A stretch of 64,000 nucleotides of DNA from IMG/VR virus record IMGVR_UViG_3300009285_003054, positions 24,726-88,725 of that record, one strand, 5' to 3'. Positions 25,948 to 35,140 of the stretch are shown here, piece after piece. The DNA comes from a virus. Position numbers and translations under genes: made by a program. The notes beneath the pieces are model-generated. The model did not search any database, was not told the DNA's origin, and worked only from the letters and a program-made list of their open reading frames with translations. How positions within the stretch are numbered: position 1 is the first letter of the stretch; every line of letters begins with the position of its first letter.

Positions 25948-28500
25948 ATGTTCAAGACATACGACCAGGACAAATCCGGGCAACCCCTAGCTGGTCAGCC
26001 AGTGTCTGGTCTAGTGCGTACTGGAATTGTACATCATCGTGACTCCACACCTGCGTCCAGACCACCCACATCCCGTACACCATCTATCCGAACTGCTTCT
26101 ACATCATCCTCCAGTAGCAGTGGGGGTGGTGGGTACGGGGTAGAGCGCTATAACCCCGCATTTGATCGTCTGGATGAGGGGAGTGTAGTAGAAGACTGGA
26201 TTCCCCGCGATCAACCAGGGATTAACAAGATGCTCCGGATGATCTACCTACGGGATGAGGTAGGTGGTCCGATGGTAGACATCTACAAAGAGATGGCATG
26301 GTCGGACTACGATCTGTTGGGGATGGAAGACAAAGAAATGCTCAGACCGTATGAGGATACGGCACGGTCGATGGACTTCCTCTCAGTCCTCCCAGAGGTA
26401 TCTTCCGAGGATCTGGTAATCGGACGGAGCATCAGCTCACTCCTTTGGGATGATACCAAAGGGATCTTTGTGGGAATGGTGCCCCACGACCCTGATTTTT
26501 GTCGAATAACACCCATGCCTATCTTTGGGCATGACCCAATGGTTGACTTACGGGCGTCCCCAGGGTGGAAAGCGTTTGCTGACTCTGATGATGAGCGAGT
26601 AGTAGACGTAAGATCCACGCTGCCTCCCCGGATTATGGAGACCCTCTCTAATTCCGGATTCATCCCGTTGGATCCGATTAACACTGCCTTCATTCGGCGC
26701 CGTTGTGGTAGTTACGATCATGTAGGGACCTCAATTTACTCCCGCCTAGTGAACTTCATAGCCATCCAGAAAGCGTTGTTAGACACTACAGTAGTAAGTC
26801 TCAGACGGCGTGCAGCCGGAGTACTCCACATCATTGCCGGAGATGAGAGATGGGAGCCAACGCAAGAAGAACTCTCTGCTCTAGCAGGGATGTGGATGCA
26901 GGCCGAAGAGGACCAGGGTGGTGGGATTGTCGCTACCCGAAGTGGGGTTCAAGCAGATCGGGGGGCATCGGCTCAAGGGGATGCCTGGAAACTTTCGGAC
27001 GAGTGGGCTTTTCTCTCCGAGGGGAAGATGCGGGCATTAGGAGTGTCAGACGCATTCTTAAGCGGAGAGAGCACGTTCTGCGTGGTTGGAAGTACACTGA
27101 TTCTGACGAAGGATGGGCTGAAACGGATTGATTCCTTGGCTGATCGATCAAACGGGGATCACCAACACCTAAGAGTTCAAGTACAATCTCGGGATGGGCT
27201 TGGCTGGACGAGCCAATGGCACTACAACGGAGAAAAGCCTACTCTGATCTTGCATTTGGATAATGGCGCATCAATCGAATGCACCTACAATCACAAAATC
27301 CTAACAGCATCTCTGGAGTATGTTGAAGCGGGCGAACTGCTTCCAGGGGACAGCGTACGAACATTTGATGGTGGGTATGGTTACGCCGTTATTACCCAGG
27401 TCATGGACAACGGGATCAAACCGGTTTACGATCTGACCATGGAAAAAGGATTTGAACCTGCGTTTGTGGCCAACGGGTTGGTCATCCATAACTCGAATAT
27501 GGAAATGGCTTTGTCAGTTTTTCTGGAACGACTCCGTGGATTCCGTGAACACCTCACCAACCAGTTCATCTACCGTAGAATCTTTCACACCATCGCGAGG
27601 GCACATGGGTTCGTCCGTCCGGAAAAGAATACGCCCCACGGTAGAAGACAAGCTGCACTAATGCCCACCCGAGAGGCCATGAAAATCGATCCTACTCGGT
27701 TGATCGTTCCGGAGTTGCGGTGGCATAAGAGTTTGCACCCGGTGGGGGATGAGTCATACCTTACCATCCTTGATCGTATGAAAGAGGCTGGCTTACCGGT
27801 TACCCTGGAGCATTACGCATCAGCGGGAGGATTCAACCTTCGCCGGGCGATGACCATGCTGGACACTGATGTTAAGATGCGTGAGAAGCTCAAAGATTGG
27901 GTATCCGCCACCGGTGGGGGTGGGATGGGGATGGGTGGCTCCGAAGGAGGATCTGAGGGGGAAGATAGTGACGAAGGGGGAGGTGGCCCATCCATCTTCG
28001 GGAAAGTCCGATACCCATTGTCAGGGATCACCAAACGAAGTGAATTACGCACGGCTGCTCCCAGAGTGGTAGGAGAAATCCCCATCTGGGATCGCACCAA
28101 CAAGTTCTGTGGTCTGTCGAAGCGGGAAGCGCAACAGGCGATGGAGAAGGTTATCCCCTGTATCCTCCGGGATGGGGGGAGACCCCCTACCAAGCAATTA
28201 CTACTCGCATCTGGTTTGACGGGGCGGAAGGCGTCAGCTTTCCATTACTTACTTACCCGGACAGGACTCACACCTGAGTATGCAATGCCAGAAAAAGTGC
28301 AGATTAGTATTACAGAACACTTGGCCACCCGGACTAATAGGAAGACTGCACTTCAGGAGGTTCAAGCGTTGGCTAGATGTGCAAAAGCACAATCAACCTC
28401 CTCCCGGAAGAGCGACTCATTGGGCAGTCGAATCAGAGGACCTGAATTAACCCAACGTGAGTTTCTCACTGGACACATTGAGAAAGAGATTCCGAAATGA
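25948..28500 (+). CDS. Portal protein (intein-containing)
   Basis: Position between terL and the protease, size, helical core. The RALGVSDAFLSGEST/F..SNMEMALSVFLERLR region flanks an intein. Confidence 0.8.
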   Translation: MFKTYDQDKSGQPLAGQPVSGLVRTGIVHHRDSTPASRPPTSRTPSIRTASTSSSSSSGGGGYGVERYNPAFDRLDEGSVVEDWIPRDQPGINKMLRMIYLRDEVGGPMVDIYKEMAWSDYDLLGMEDKEMLRPYEDTARSMDFLSVLPEVSSEDLVIGRSISSLLWDDTKGIFVGMVPHDPDFCRITPMPIFGHDPMVDLRASPGWKAFADSDDERVVDVRSTLPPRIMETLSNSGFIPLDPINTAFIRRRCGSYDHVGTSIYSRLVNFIAIQKALLDTTVVSLRRRAAGVLHIIAGDERWEPTQEELSALAGMWMQAEEDQGGGIVATRSGVQADRGASAQGDAWKLSDEWAFLSEGKMRALGVSDAFLSGESTFCVVGSTLILTKDGLKRIDSLADRSNGDHQHLRVQVQSRDGLGWTSQWHYNGEKPTLILHLDNGASIECTYNHKILTASLEYVEAGELLPGDSVRTFDGGYGYAVITQVMDNGIKPVYDLTMEKGFEPAFVANGLVIHNSNMEMALSVFLERLRGFREHLTNQFIYRRIFHTIARAHGFVRPEKNTPHGRRQAALMPTREAMKIDPTRLIVPELRWHKSLHPVGDESYLTILDRMKEAGLPVTLEHYASAGGFNLRRAMTMLDTDVKMREKLKDWVSATGGGGMGMGGSEGGSEGEDSDEGGGGPSIFGKVRYPLSGITKRSELRTAAPRVVGEIPIWDRTNKFCGLSKREAQQAMEKVIPCILRDGGRPPTKQLLLASGLTGRKASAFHYLLTRTGLTPEYAMPEKVQISITEHLATRTNRKTALQEVQALARCAKAQSTSSRKSDSLGSRIRGPELTQREFLTGHIEKEIPK
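27079..27492 (+). mobile_element. Mini-intein (138 aa, no endonuclease) in the portal protein
   Basis: Block A CVVGSTLILT, block B CTYNHKILT, block F VYDLTM, block G FVANGLVIHN followed by Ser+1. Coordinates counted from codons. Confidence 0.92.
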
Positions 28501-28533
28501 GTAACCCACTCGATATCGCATACCGAGGAACAC

Positions 28534-29547
28534 ATGATTAGCAAGAGACAGCCACTACAACACCACCAACTCCGAAGTGCAGTGGCCCAGCGCCTATCCG
28601 ACGAAACCGGTATATCTGCCGTATCCTCACTCCGATTCCTGGACCAGATGAGTCCTTTCCAGCCGGACTCGCGGTTTCGGAATACCAATTTGCATCTATT
28701 AACCAAAGACTTGGCGCAGTGGTATCGAACAGCCAAGAAAGATCCGGATGAGAAAGACGATGCCCCAAAGGAGAAACCTCCGAAGATTGAGGGTAAGGAT
28801 ATTGACAAACTGCTGGATGAGTCCAGTGGTGGCACGGAGGAAAAGAATCCCCCAGAGTTCCTGAAAGAACGGGAAACTGACCGACATCCGGAGGAGGTGG
28901 AGGGTATCTCCCGTGCAATCGACAAGCTCCGGGCTGCCATCCGCACTACAGACAGGTCAATGTACCTCAAGCTCCACTCTGTATTCGGAAGATTGGAGAA
29001 GGATCTCTTCCAGTTGGCTGAAGCTTTGAAGGAATCTCCCCACCCCCGTCCTTCGGGGCAGGTAGAGGCAGCACTGCAACAGAACGTTCGGGACGTTCTA
29101 GGGAGAATCACATCCAACGTGGGAGTGCTCCGACAGGCTCTGGCAGAGTATCCGGATGTTGCAGGAGAAGTAACACATGTCGTGGACGCGGTCGGACTTT
29201 CCGACAACGCTACAGATGATGTCATACCTAAGCAAGATGGGGTATCCGGTAAGTTCAACAACCGGATGCTGGTGCATCTCAAGAGCCTCTGGCCCGATGG
29301 ATCGCAAGCAGAAGATCTTGCTGCCGTTCTGGGAGTAAGCAAGGAGAATGCCATTCAGGCCCTAAGTACCTTCGAGCAGAAGGGGATGATCCTCTACGTC
29401 CCTGATGGCCGCTACTGTCTGTCCCCACGGGGATACACCATGATGCAACGCTTCAATGTAATCGCTCGGATGTGTATTCAAGCAGAATCGAATAGAAGGA
29501 CCAGTGCCGTTGGGTCATTGAAATCCCGAACGTTCAAAAGGACGTGA
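28534..29547 (+). CDS. Head-cluster protein with C-terminal winged-HTH-like domain
   Basis: GAGGA RBS. AEDLAAVLGVSKENAIQALSTFEQKGMILY..DGRYCL resembles a wHTH. Confidence 0.65.
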   Translation: MISKRQPLQHHQLRSAVAQRLSDETGISAVSSLRFLDQMSPFQPDSRFRNTNLHLLTKDLAQWYRTAKKDPDEKDDAPKEKPPKIEGKDIDKLLDESSGGTEEKNPPEFLKERETDRHPEEVEGISRAIDKLRAAIRTTDRSMYLKLHSVFGRLEKDLFQLAEALKESPHPRPSGQVEAALQQNVRDVLGRITSNVGVLRQALAEYPDVAGEVTHVVDAVGLSDNATDDVIPKQDGVSGKFNNRMLVHLKSLWPDGSQAEDLAAVLGVSKENAIQALSTFEQKGMILYVPDGRYCLSPRGYTMMQRFNVIARMCIQAESNRRTSAVGSLKSRTFKRT

Positions 29548-29550
29548 GCT

Positions 29551-30483
29551 ATGTCTCTCATAGTCAGAACCAACTATCTCCGCACTGGTGAAGTTCTCTC
29601 CCTTAACCACCGTGGGAGGACCTTAGACTCCGAGCGGATGTTCATCACCGCCCGTGCGGAGCCTACTCCCTGGGATCCCGGTGTCATCCTCCAAGGGCAT
29701 AAAACCGTGGAGAGTTACCTCTCTACTCCGGGTGCATTGGAGCGGACTGCATCTTCGATGGGGAAGAAGAGTGGATTCACCCCGCACATGATTCTTGCTA
29801 CTCGGTCGATCAGGGGTGGTATTGATCGACAGAAGATTGATCTCTCTTTCCTCCCCGATGCGGCACGGGCGTATCAGATCTCTGCGGATCCACGGGACTA
29901 CGTCTTTGTCTCACTCCCTATTGTGACTGCGGGGATTCCGAATCGCAATATGGATTCGTTCACCCACAAAGAGCTGACTCGTTTCTCTCCGATTCTGGGG
30001 CGGGTGGTGTACAAGAGTTTTTTAGCAAAACCGTGCCACAAGGATCATCAGAATTCCGATCCGACCAAAGCCAAAGGTATCCATCTGGACGCTACCTTCC
30101 GAAAGTATCACGTCCAACCGGGAGCTCTAGGGTACGACGCTCAAACCGATCCGGTAGATCTCTGGAAGGTCCGCATTCTCACAGGGTGGTGTCGGCAGAA
30201 GGATCCTCAACTGGTGCAGGCTATCATTCGGAGAGAGCGTACTGGCTATTCGATGGGTGCGTTAATCGACTACGCGCTCTGTTCAATTTGTGGGAATGTA
30301 ACCACCCCGAAGCCTTGCAGTCATGTAGCCGCCGGAAAGGGTAAGGTGCTCCGTGGAGCACTGGTGTATGACCGGGTATACGGTGTCAATTACGTCGAAA
30401 CATCTAACTTAGGCGAGGAGCCGGCTGACCCAGATGCTTGGGAAGAGGATGCTATCTGGTCGGTAGGAAGGGAAGCAGCATGA
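29551..30483 (+). CDS. Prohead maturation protease
   Basis: IPNRNMDSF, PCHKDH (His), GYSMG (Ser), CSICG and VETS..EEPADPDA motifs. Lies between portal and scaffold. Confidence 0.75.
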   Translation: MSLIVRTNYLRTGEVLSLNHRGRTLDSERMFITARAEPTPWDPGVILQGHKTVESYLSTPGALERTASSMGKKSGFTPHMILATRSIRGGIDRQKIDLSFLPDAARAYQISADPRDYVFVSLPIVTAGIPNRNMDSFTHKELTRFSPILGRVVYKSFLAKPCHKDHQNSDPTKAKGIHLDATFRKYHVQPGALGYDAQTDPVDLWKVRILTGWCRQKDPQLVQAIIRRERTGYSMGALIDYALCSICGNVTTPKPCSHVAAGKGKVLRGALVYDRVYGVNYVETSNLGEEPADPDAWEEDAIWSVGREAA

Positions 30484-31043
30484 ACATCATCGCACAGACA
30501 GTACTTCGATTGGCTGCAGCTGCAGCTTCATCCCACGGAAATAAAAAACCTAAAAAGAGCCCCTTTGACAAGTCAATCGAAGGGAAGAAGTTCAAGAATC
30601 CCAAGTCCGGTAGGATGGTGAAGTTTGAGTCTCTTCCCTCAGAAGAGCAGAAGAAGATTCGAGCCGTATACTCAAAGCATTACAAAGCTTCGGGTGGATC
30701 TCACCCGATTGCGAAGAAGTTGTTCGATGGTTGGCACAACCAAGACCCGGTGCAACAACATCCCAAAGTAGGTGCGTGGCCGGTAACAAAGGGGGGTAAG
30801 TATGATGACGACGGGTTTGGTAACACACTTAGAACATTCTCAACTAGCCGTGGTATGTACAGCATCGTCCAAGGGACTGGACATGAACTTTTCTTTCACC
30901 CCAAAGGTGCTGAGACTAGGATGTTTCTTAGCACAATCAATGGTATGAATCACGCCCGTAAGCTTGCAGGCAAACATTACGATATGTTAGAGAAACAAAA
31001 GAATAGATATATGTTAGATGACCAAAAAAAGAAACCCGATTGA
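30480..31043 (+). CDS. Basic hypothetical head-cluster protein
   Basis: ATGA overlap with the protease gene. Contains a KFKNPKSGRMVK element. Confidence 0.6.
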   Translation: MNIIAQTVLRLAAAAASSHGNKKPKKSPFDKSIEGKKFKNPKSGRMVKFESLPSEEQKKIRAVYSKHYKASGGSHPIAKKLFDGWHNQDPVQQHPKVGAWPVTKGGKYDDDGFGNTLRTFSTSRGMYSIVQGTGHELFFHPKGAETRMFLSTINGMNHARKLAGKHYDMLEKQKNRYMLDDQKKKPD

Positions 31044-31148
31044 GTCTTATTAACTCCTCGGGCCGTGCATCAGTCTCTCATCTAGCCTCTCGTAATCGAT
31101 TCTGCATGGCTACATCAGCCTCTCGAACACTAACTTATAGGAACCGTT

Positions 31149-33650
31149 ATGGCAAAGACTCAAGTCGGAAAGAAAACCCTGAAGGAACGTCTAGCAGAAC
31201 AGGAACGACGCAATACCAATCTCCGAACCGCAGATGTCGATCCGGATACCACAGAGGATGATCCATCAACGGATGACGATGATGACGAAGACGAGGGAGG
31301 TACCACCACAGGAGAGGGCTTCGACGACAGCGCCCCTCTAGATGACCCCGGAGACGAATCCCCAGATGATGATGATGACGAGGGTGAAGATCTGGATGCC
31401 TTCGACCTGGATGACATGGGTGGCGCAAACACCGATGACGGGTCGGATGATGATGAGGGTGATGACGCAGACGCATCCGATCTGGAGATCACCCACGACG
31501 ATGACTCCGGAGACATGGACATCCACCACGAAGGTGGCGATGATGATGACGAAGAGGGTGATGATACCTCGGCGGATCTCAATGATGACGATGACCTCCC
31601 TGGCGGAGATGACGATCTTGACGAAGAGTGCGACGACACAGACGCATCCGATCTGGAAATCACGCATGATGAAGAGACCGGAGATATGGACATCCACCAC
31701 GAAGGGGATGATGACGAGGGTGATGACGCCAAAGCCTGGGTGGACACCAACATTGTGGCCGGTATGCTGACAGCTCATCTTCGTGACAATACCCCGAAGA
31801 CCCAGGAAGCGGCAGTAACAGTCCTGCGGGAAGCCCACCTTCCGGGTGGAGCCGAGGTGGTGAAGTCTCTCTCCACCCGGCAGTTTGCAAAGTTGGACTC
31901 CCTGCTGGCGCCTGTGTACTCTTCCGGCAGTCAGGCACTGCGGGATGTCCGAGCGGCGCAGTCCAGGATGAAGACTATTCAGCAGCGGGCTGCTGCTGCT
32001 GGAGACCCTGACCGGGCGGCCAAGATCGAGAAGCAGTTCCAAACGGCGATCCAGGCCGATCTGGAAGAGGTGGATTATCGCTTTGATGCACCATCCTGGC
32101 TGACCTTCCGTGCAGCCGCATGGGTTCAAGCAGAGATGGAGATCCAGGCCGATGGGGAAGGCGACGATACAGGGGTCAATGACGGCTCTGGGGATGACCT
32201 TGACGATGACGATGATGACGATGATGACGACGACATGCCACCGGATGCAGGAGTGGATACCACCGCTTCCAGCAGTGCCATTCTGGCCAGTGTCACCGAT
32301 CAGTTGGTACAGAGCAAGTTCACCAGGAAAGCAGCCAAGATCCTGGTGAATGCATCGACGGCAGATGCCCTGGAGGCGGCTCGCGTGGTAAGTCGATTGG
32401 TCCGCTCCGGAAAAGCTGGCATAGCTGCACAGATGGTGGCTGAGCTACGGCAGGCCGGGTACAACGTTGACCCGGATGTCAAGCCTACAGTCATGGATCC
32501 CTCCCAGCCCATTACCCCCGGAGCACCCAACCGCATGATGGGGCCTCCGCCGGATTCCGGATCTTCCTACGGCATGAGCGAAGAGGATGCCAACAAGGTC
32601 TGCACCACCCTGGGGTGTTCAAAGGAAGCCTTGGCATGGGTAGCCAAGCCACCGAAGAACATGACTAGTCCCAACGCCCGATGGTCATGCTATACTGAGA
32701 TGTGTGGTGAGGGACCCACCAAGGATATGTCAGTGGACGAGGTGAAAGCCTACCTGTCCAAGAAGGCTATCGCCGTGCATGCGGTGTACTTGGCTGACTT
32801 GGACGCCCTCCGCCAGGCCAATGTTGGGAAAGATGATATCTCGATGGAGCTTTGGGATGCCCAGGGGCAGGATCCTTACTGGAACATCACGGTGGGTGGA
32901 GATCCAGTTGGGCGAATCCGCCTGTCCCGTCAAGCCAATCCTGATATCATCCGCAACGTCTTCACATCAGAGACTTACGCAGATGGCTTCCGGCAAGCTT
33001 GCGCTGACTACGGACCCATTCCTGCGCTTGAGACAGTGCGGGCTGATGTGTTCGCAACCACATTCAATGAATCCGATGTGGCCATGCGCGCACAGGAACG
33101 GGTTGCCGGGGTGGCTGACAAGATGATGGATGAGCGGGTCAACCGCAGGGTCCATGATCTCATCGACCTGGCATTGCTGGCCAACACAGAGTTTGAGCGC
33201 AATATCTCGAAGGTACCCAACCCCCTGAAGTGGTCGTTACATGAGCGACTGGCTGCAGCAGGGGTAGTCAATCCGATCGCCGTGTACGAGGACGCACTGT
33301 CATTCCAGATCGAAGCAGGTGTGAATGACAAAGACGAGCCGGTCTACGAACCAGTCCTGGGCACATACCTCAAGCTGGTATTTGCTCGCGCCGAAGAGCT
33401 GTCCAAGATGCCACCGGAGGCACTTCAGTTCATTGCTCGAGAAATCATTCAGCACCCTGTGGAAATACGCACAGCGTCTATACTTCCGGAATCATCTGAA
33501 ACCCTCCGGGAACGACTGGCCAGAGTAAGTATCCCTGTCGTCGGAATGGGCTTCGGGGAAGATCCAGGGGTACATCCCAGCAACTCGGGAGTGAACGCAG
33601 ATGTCCTGCGCGAAGCTCTACGGCATGCCCGAACCCGTAACCGTGGATAA
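31149..33650 (+). CDS. Capsid scaffold / internal head protein with very acidic repeats
   Basis: Asp-rich N-terminal third with a duplicated DASDLEITHD..GDMDIHHEG unit. Lies between protease and capsid genes. Confidence 0.7.
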   Translation: MAKTQVGKKTLKERLAEQERRNTNLRTADVDPDTTEDDPSTDDDDDEDEGGTTTGEGFDDSAPLDDPGDESPDDDDDEGEDLDAFDLDDMGGANTDDGSDDDEGDDADASDLEITHDDDSGDMDIHHEGGDDDDEEGDDTSADLNDDDDLPGGDDDLDEECDDTDASDLEITHDEETGDMDIHHEGDDDEGDDAKAWVDTNIVAGMLTAHLRDNTPKTQEAAVTVLREAHLPGGAEVVKSLSTRQFAKLDSLLAPVYSSGSQALRDVRAAQSRMKTIQQRAAAAGDPDRAAKIEKQFQTAIQADLEEVDYRFDAPSWLTFRAAAWVQAEMEIQADGEGDDTGVNDGSGDDLDDDDDDDDDDDMPPDAGVDTTASSSAILASVTDQLVQSKFTRKAAKILVNASTADALEAARVVSRLVRSGKAGIAAQMVAELRQAGYNVDPDVKPTVMDPSQPITPGAPNRMMGPPPDSGSSYGMSEEDANKVCTTLGCSKEALAWVAKPPKNMTSPNARWSCYTEMCGEGPTKDMSVDEVKAYLSKKAIAVHAVYLADLDALRQANVGKDDISMELWDAQGQDPYWNITVGGDPVGRIRLSRQANPDIIRNVFTSETYADGFRQACADYGPIPALETVRADVFATTFNESDVAMRAQERVAGVADKMMDERVNRRVHDLIDLALLANTEFERNISKVPNPLKWSLHERLAAAGVVNPIAVYEDALSFQIEAGVNDKDEPVYEPVLGTYLKLVFARAEELSKMPPEALQFIAREIIQHPVEIRTASILPESSETLRERLARVSIPVVGMGFGEDPGVHPSNSGVNADVLREALRHARTRNRG

Positions 33651-33683
33651 TCTCTAGCTTTGGTAGTTTTTGCTTGCTAACAC

Positions 33684-33717
33684 AGCCTGATGACTGACTA
33701 ACGCCAGTCATCAGGCT
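33684..33717 (+). other. Perfect 13-bp stem-loop (AGCCTGATGACTG-8 nt-CAGTCATCAGGCT) before the decoration gene
   Basis: Read directly. Followed only by TTAC, so a weak terminator or processing/stabilising hairpin. Confidence 0.75.
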
Positions 33718-33756
33718 TTACACAGATGCTTCACACAGAAAGAAGAGGGAAACGAT

Positions 33757-34509
33757 ATGGCTATTGACACCAAGTATACGATGGGCTCGTATGAGTACGA
33801 ACGACCCCGTGCATCCACCGCATCTTTCACCGAGGAGGGGATGTTGGCGGTGCGCTCGATGAACGCTATCACAGGAGAAGAGGAAGCCACCCACTGCACC
33901 GTGGCTGGCAGCTTGATTCCTCTCGGATTCACCAAGCTGGACACAATCTCCCCGGCGGCTGTGGAAGTGATTCAGGAAGATGGTCTCGAAGTCCCGGCGT
34001 CCGCCGATTCTGACGGAGATTACCACGTCACACTGAACTACGATGCGGTGACCAGTGCATTGAACGCCAATGGTGACGTAGCTGTGTACAACGTTACCGG
34101 GAGCGCGTGGCTGACACTGGGGGCCGCCATTGCAGACGGCACGTTCACTCTCAGTGACGGTGCCAACGGTATCCTGGAGTTCCACAGCGCCCAAGCGGGC
34201 ATTGTGATCAACGTTGTCTACCGCCGAACACTGTCAGCCCATGATCGGGACATGAAGTATCAGCAACGCCATGTCAATGCCGGGGCCCAAGACCTCCTGG
34301 ATGTGGTGGGGATCATCGCAGGTGAAGGACAGATCTACACCGATCAGTACGATGTTCACGTCGGAAACTGGACCACAGGAACTCTCACCACTGGACCACT
34401 CGGAACCCTGACCATGGGTGGTGGTGGAACCGATGTGTCTTCCTGGATGCGCGTGATCAAGACCCCAAGCGCCGACAACCCCAAGTTGGGCATCGCTTTC
34501 CGCCTCTGA
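33757..34509 (+). CDS. Capsid decoration / minor head protein
   Basis: GAGGA RBS. EEG...YD....W...LT.GP.G.LT.GG.G...IK.P pattern recalled from the pre-MCP protein of Y3/JA11-like phages. Confidence 0.65.
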   Translation: MAIDTKYTMGSYEYERPRASTASFTEEGMLAVRSMNAITGEEEATHCTVAGSLIPLGFTKLDTISPAAVEVIQEDGLEVPASADSDGDYHVTLNYDAVTSALNANGDVAVYNVTGSAWLTLGAAIADGTFTLSDGANGILEFHSAQAGIVINVVYRRTLSAHDRDMKYQQRHVNAGAQDLLDVVGIIAGEGQIYTDQYDVHVGNWTTGTLTTGPLGTLTMGGGGTDVSSWMRVIKTPSADNPKLGIAFRL

Positions 34510-34578
34510 TAACCGCTGCTAGAGCAGATAATCAGAGGAAGCATTACTAACCCACCCCAACCATGGGGAAGGCAACAC

Positions 34579-35100
34579 ATGAGTCTCTCCGGTATTGTAG
34601 GCATTCTGATCACAGCACAACGCAGTCTCTTGCGTGAAGGTCGGAACCAAGATGCAACACATCTTGGTTCCACCGTAGCGCACTTGCTGGATCACGCCCT
34701 GGAACATCCAGAGGTGGCATCTCTGCCGGGGGAGAATCCCGATCCAACAGTAGCCAGCGTGTACGAGTTGGCGCAACACCCTGCAGTCTCTCTTGCCGTG
34801 CGGACGGCAGGGTCGGGTAATCGCCCGACCAAAGCCCAATGGAGGCAAATCCGCCGTGAGATCAATATGCACCCACCACGAATGAAGCGGTGGCTCTGCT
34901 GCTCCAAACCTGAGAAGCGGAAAACACGGAAAGGTACGGTAGTCTGGGGTGCGGTATGCAAATATCGAACATCCAGCGGCAAAGCCAAAGGCACATTGAT
35001 GGGGTCGTGGGTGACACTCTCCCGTAATGGAAATGTGAAACCCCGTGAGGTTAGCATCAATGGGAAGCGTATGAAGTTTTGTACCGGGGCCATGAAGTAA
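34579..35100 (+). CDS. Hypothetical basic head-cluster protein
   Basis: Between the decoration and MCP genes. Contains the VRTA motif. Confidence 0.6.
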   Translation: MSLSGIVGILITAQRSLLREGRNQDATHLGSTVAHLLDHALEHPEVASLPGENPDPTVASVYELAQHPAVSLAVRTAGSGNRPTKAQWRQIRREINMHPPRMKRWLCCSKPEKRKTRKGTVVWGAVCKYRTSSGKAKGTLMGSWVTLSRNGNVKPREVSINGKRMKFCTGAMK

Positions 35101-35140
35101 GACCTTCTCGAGAAATCACCGACAAAAAAGAGAGGTATGT

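Noticed and set aside
28362-29354. 330-aa minus-strand ORF (and similar long antisense ORFs such as 12451..13200, 31338..32129 and 31160..31753)
   Set aside because: These are shadows of better-supported plus-strand genes that have RBSs and operon coupling. They have low-complexity Ser/Val-rich translations and no motifs.
31340-32240. GAT/GAC trinucleotide runs as a VNTR or contingency locus
   Set aside because: They are mixed-codon, in-frame Asp tracts of the scaffold protein.
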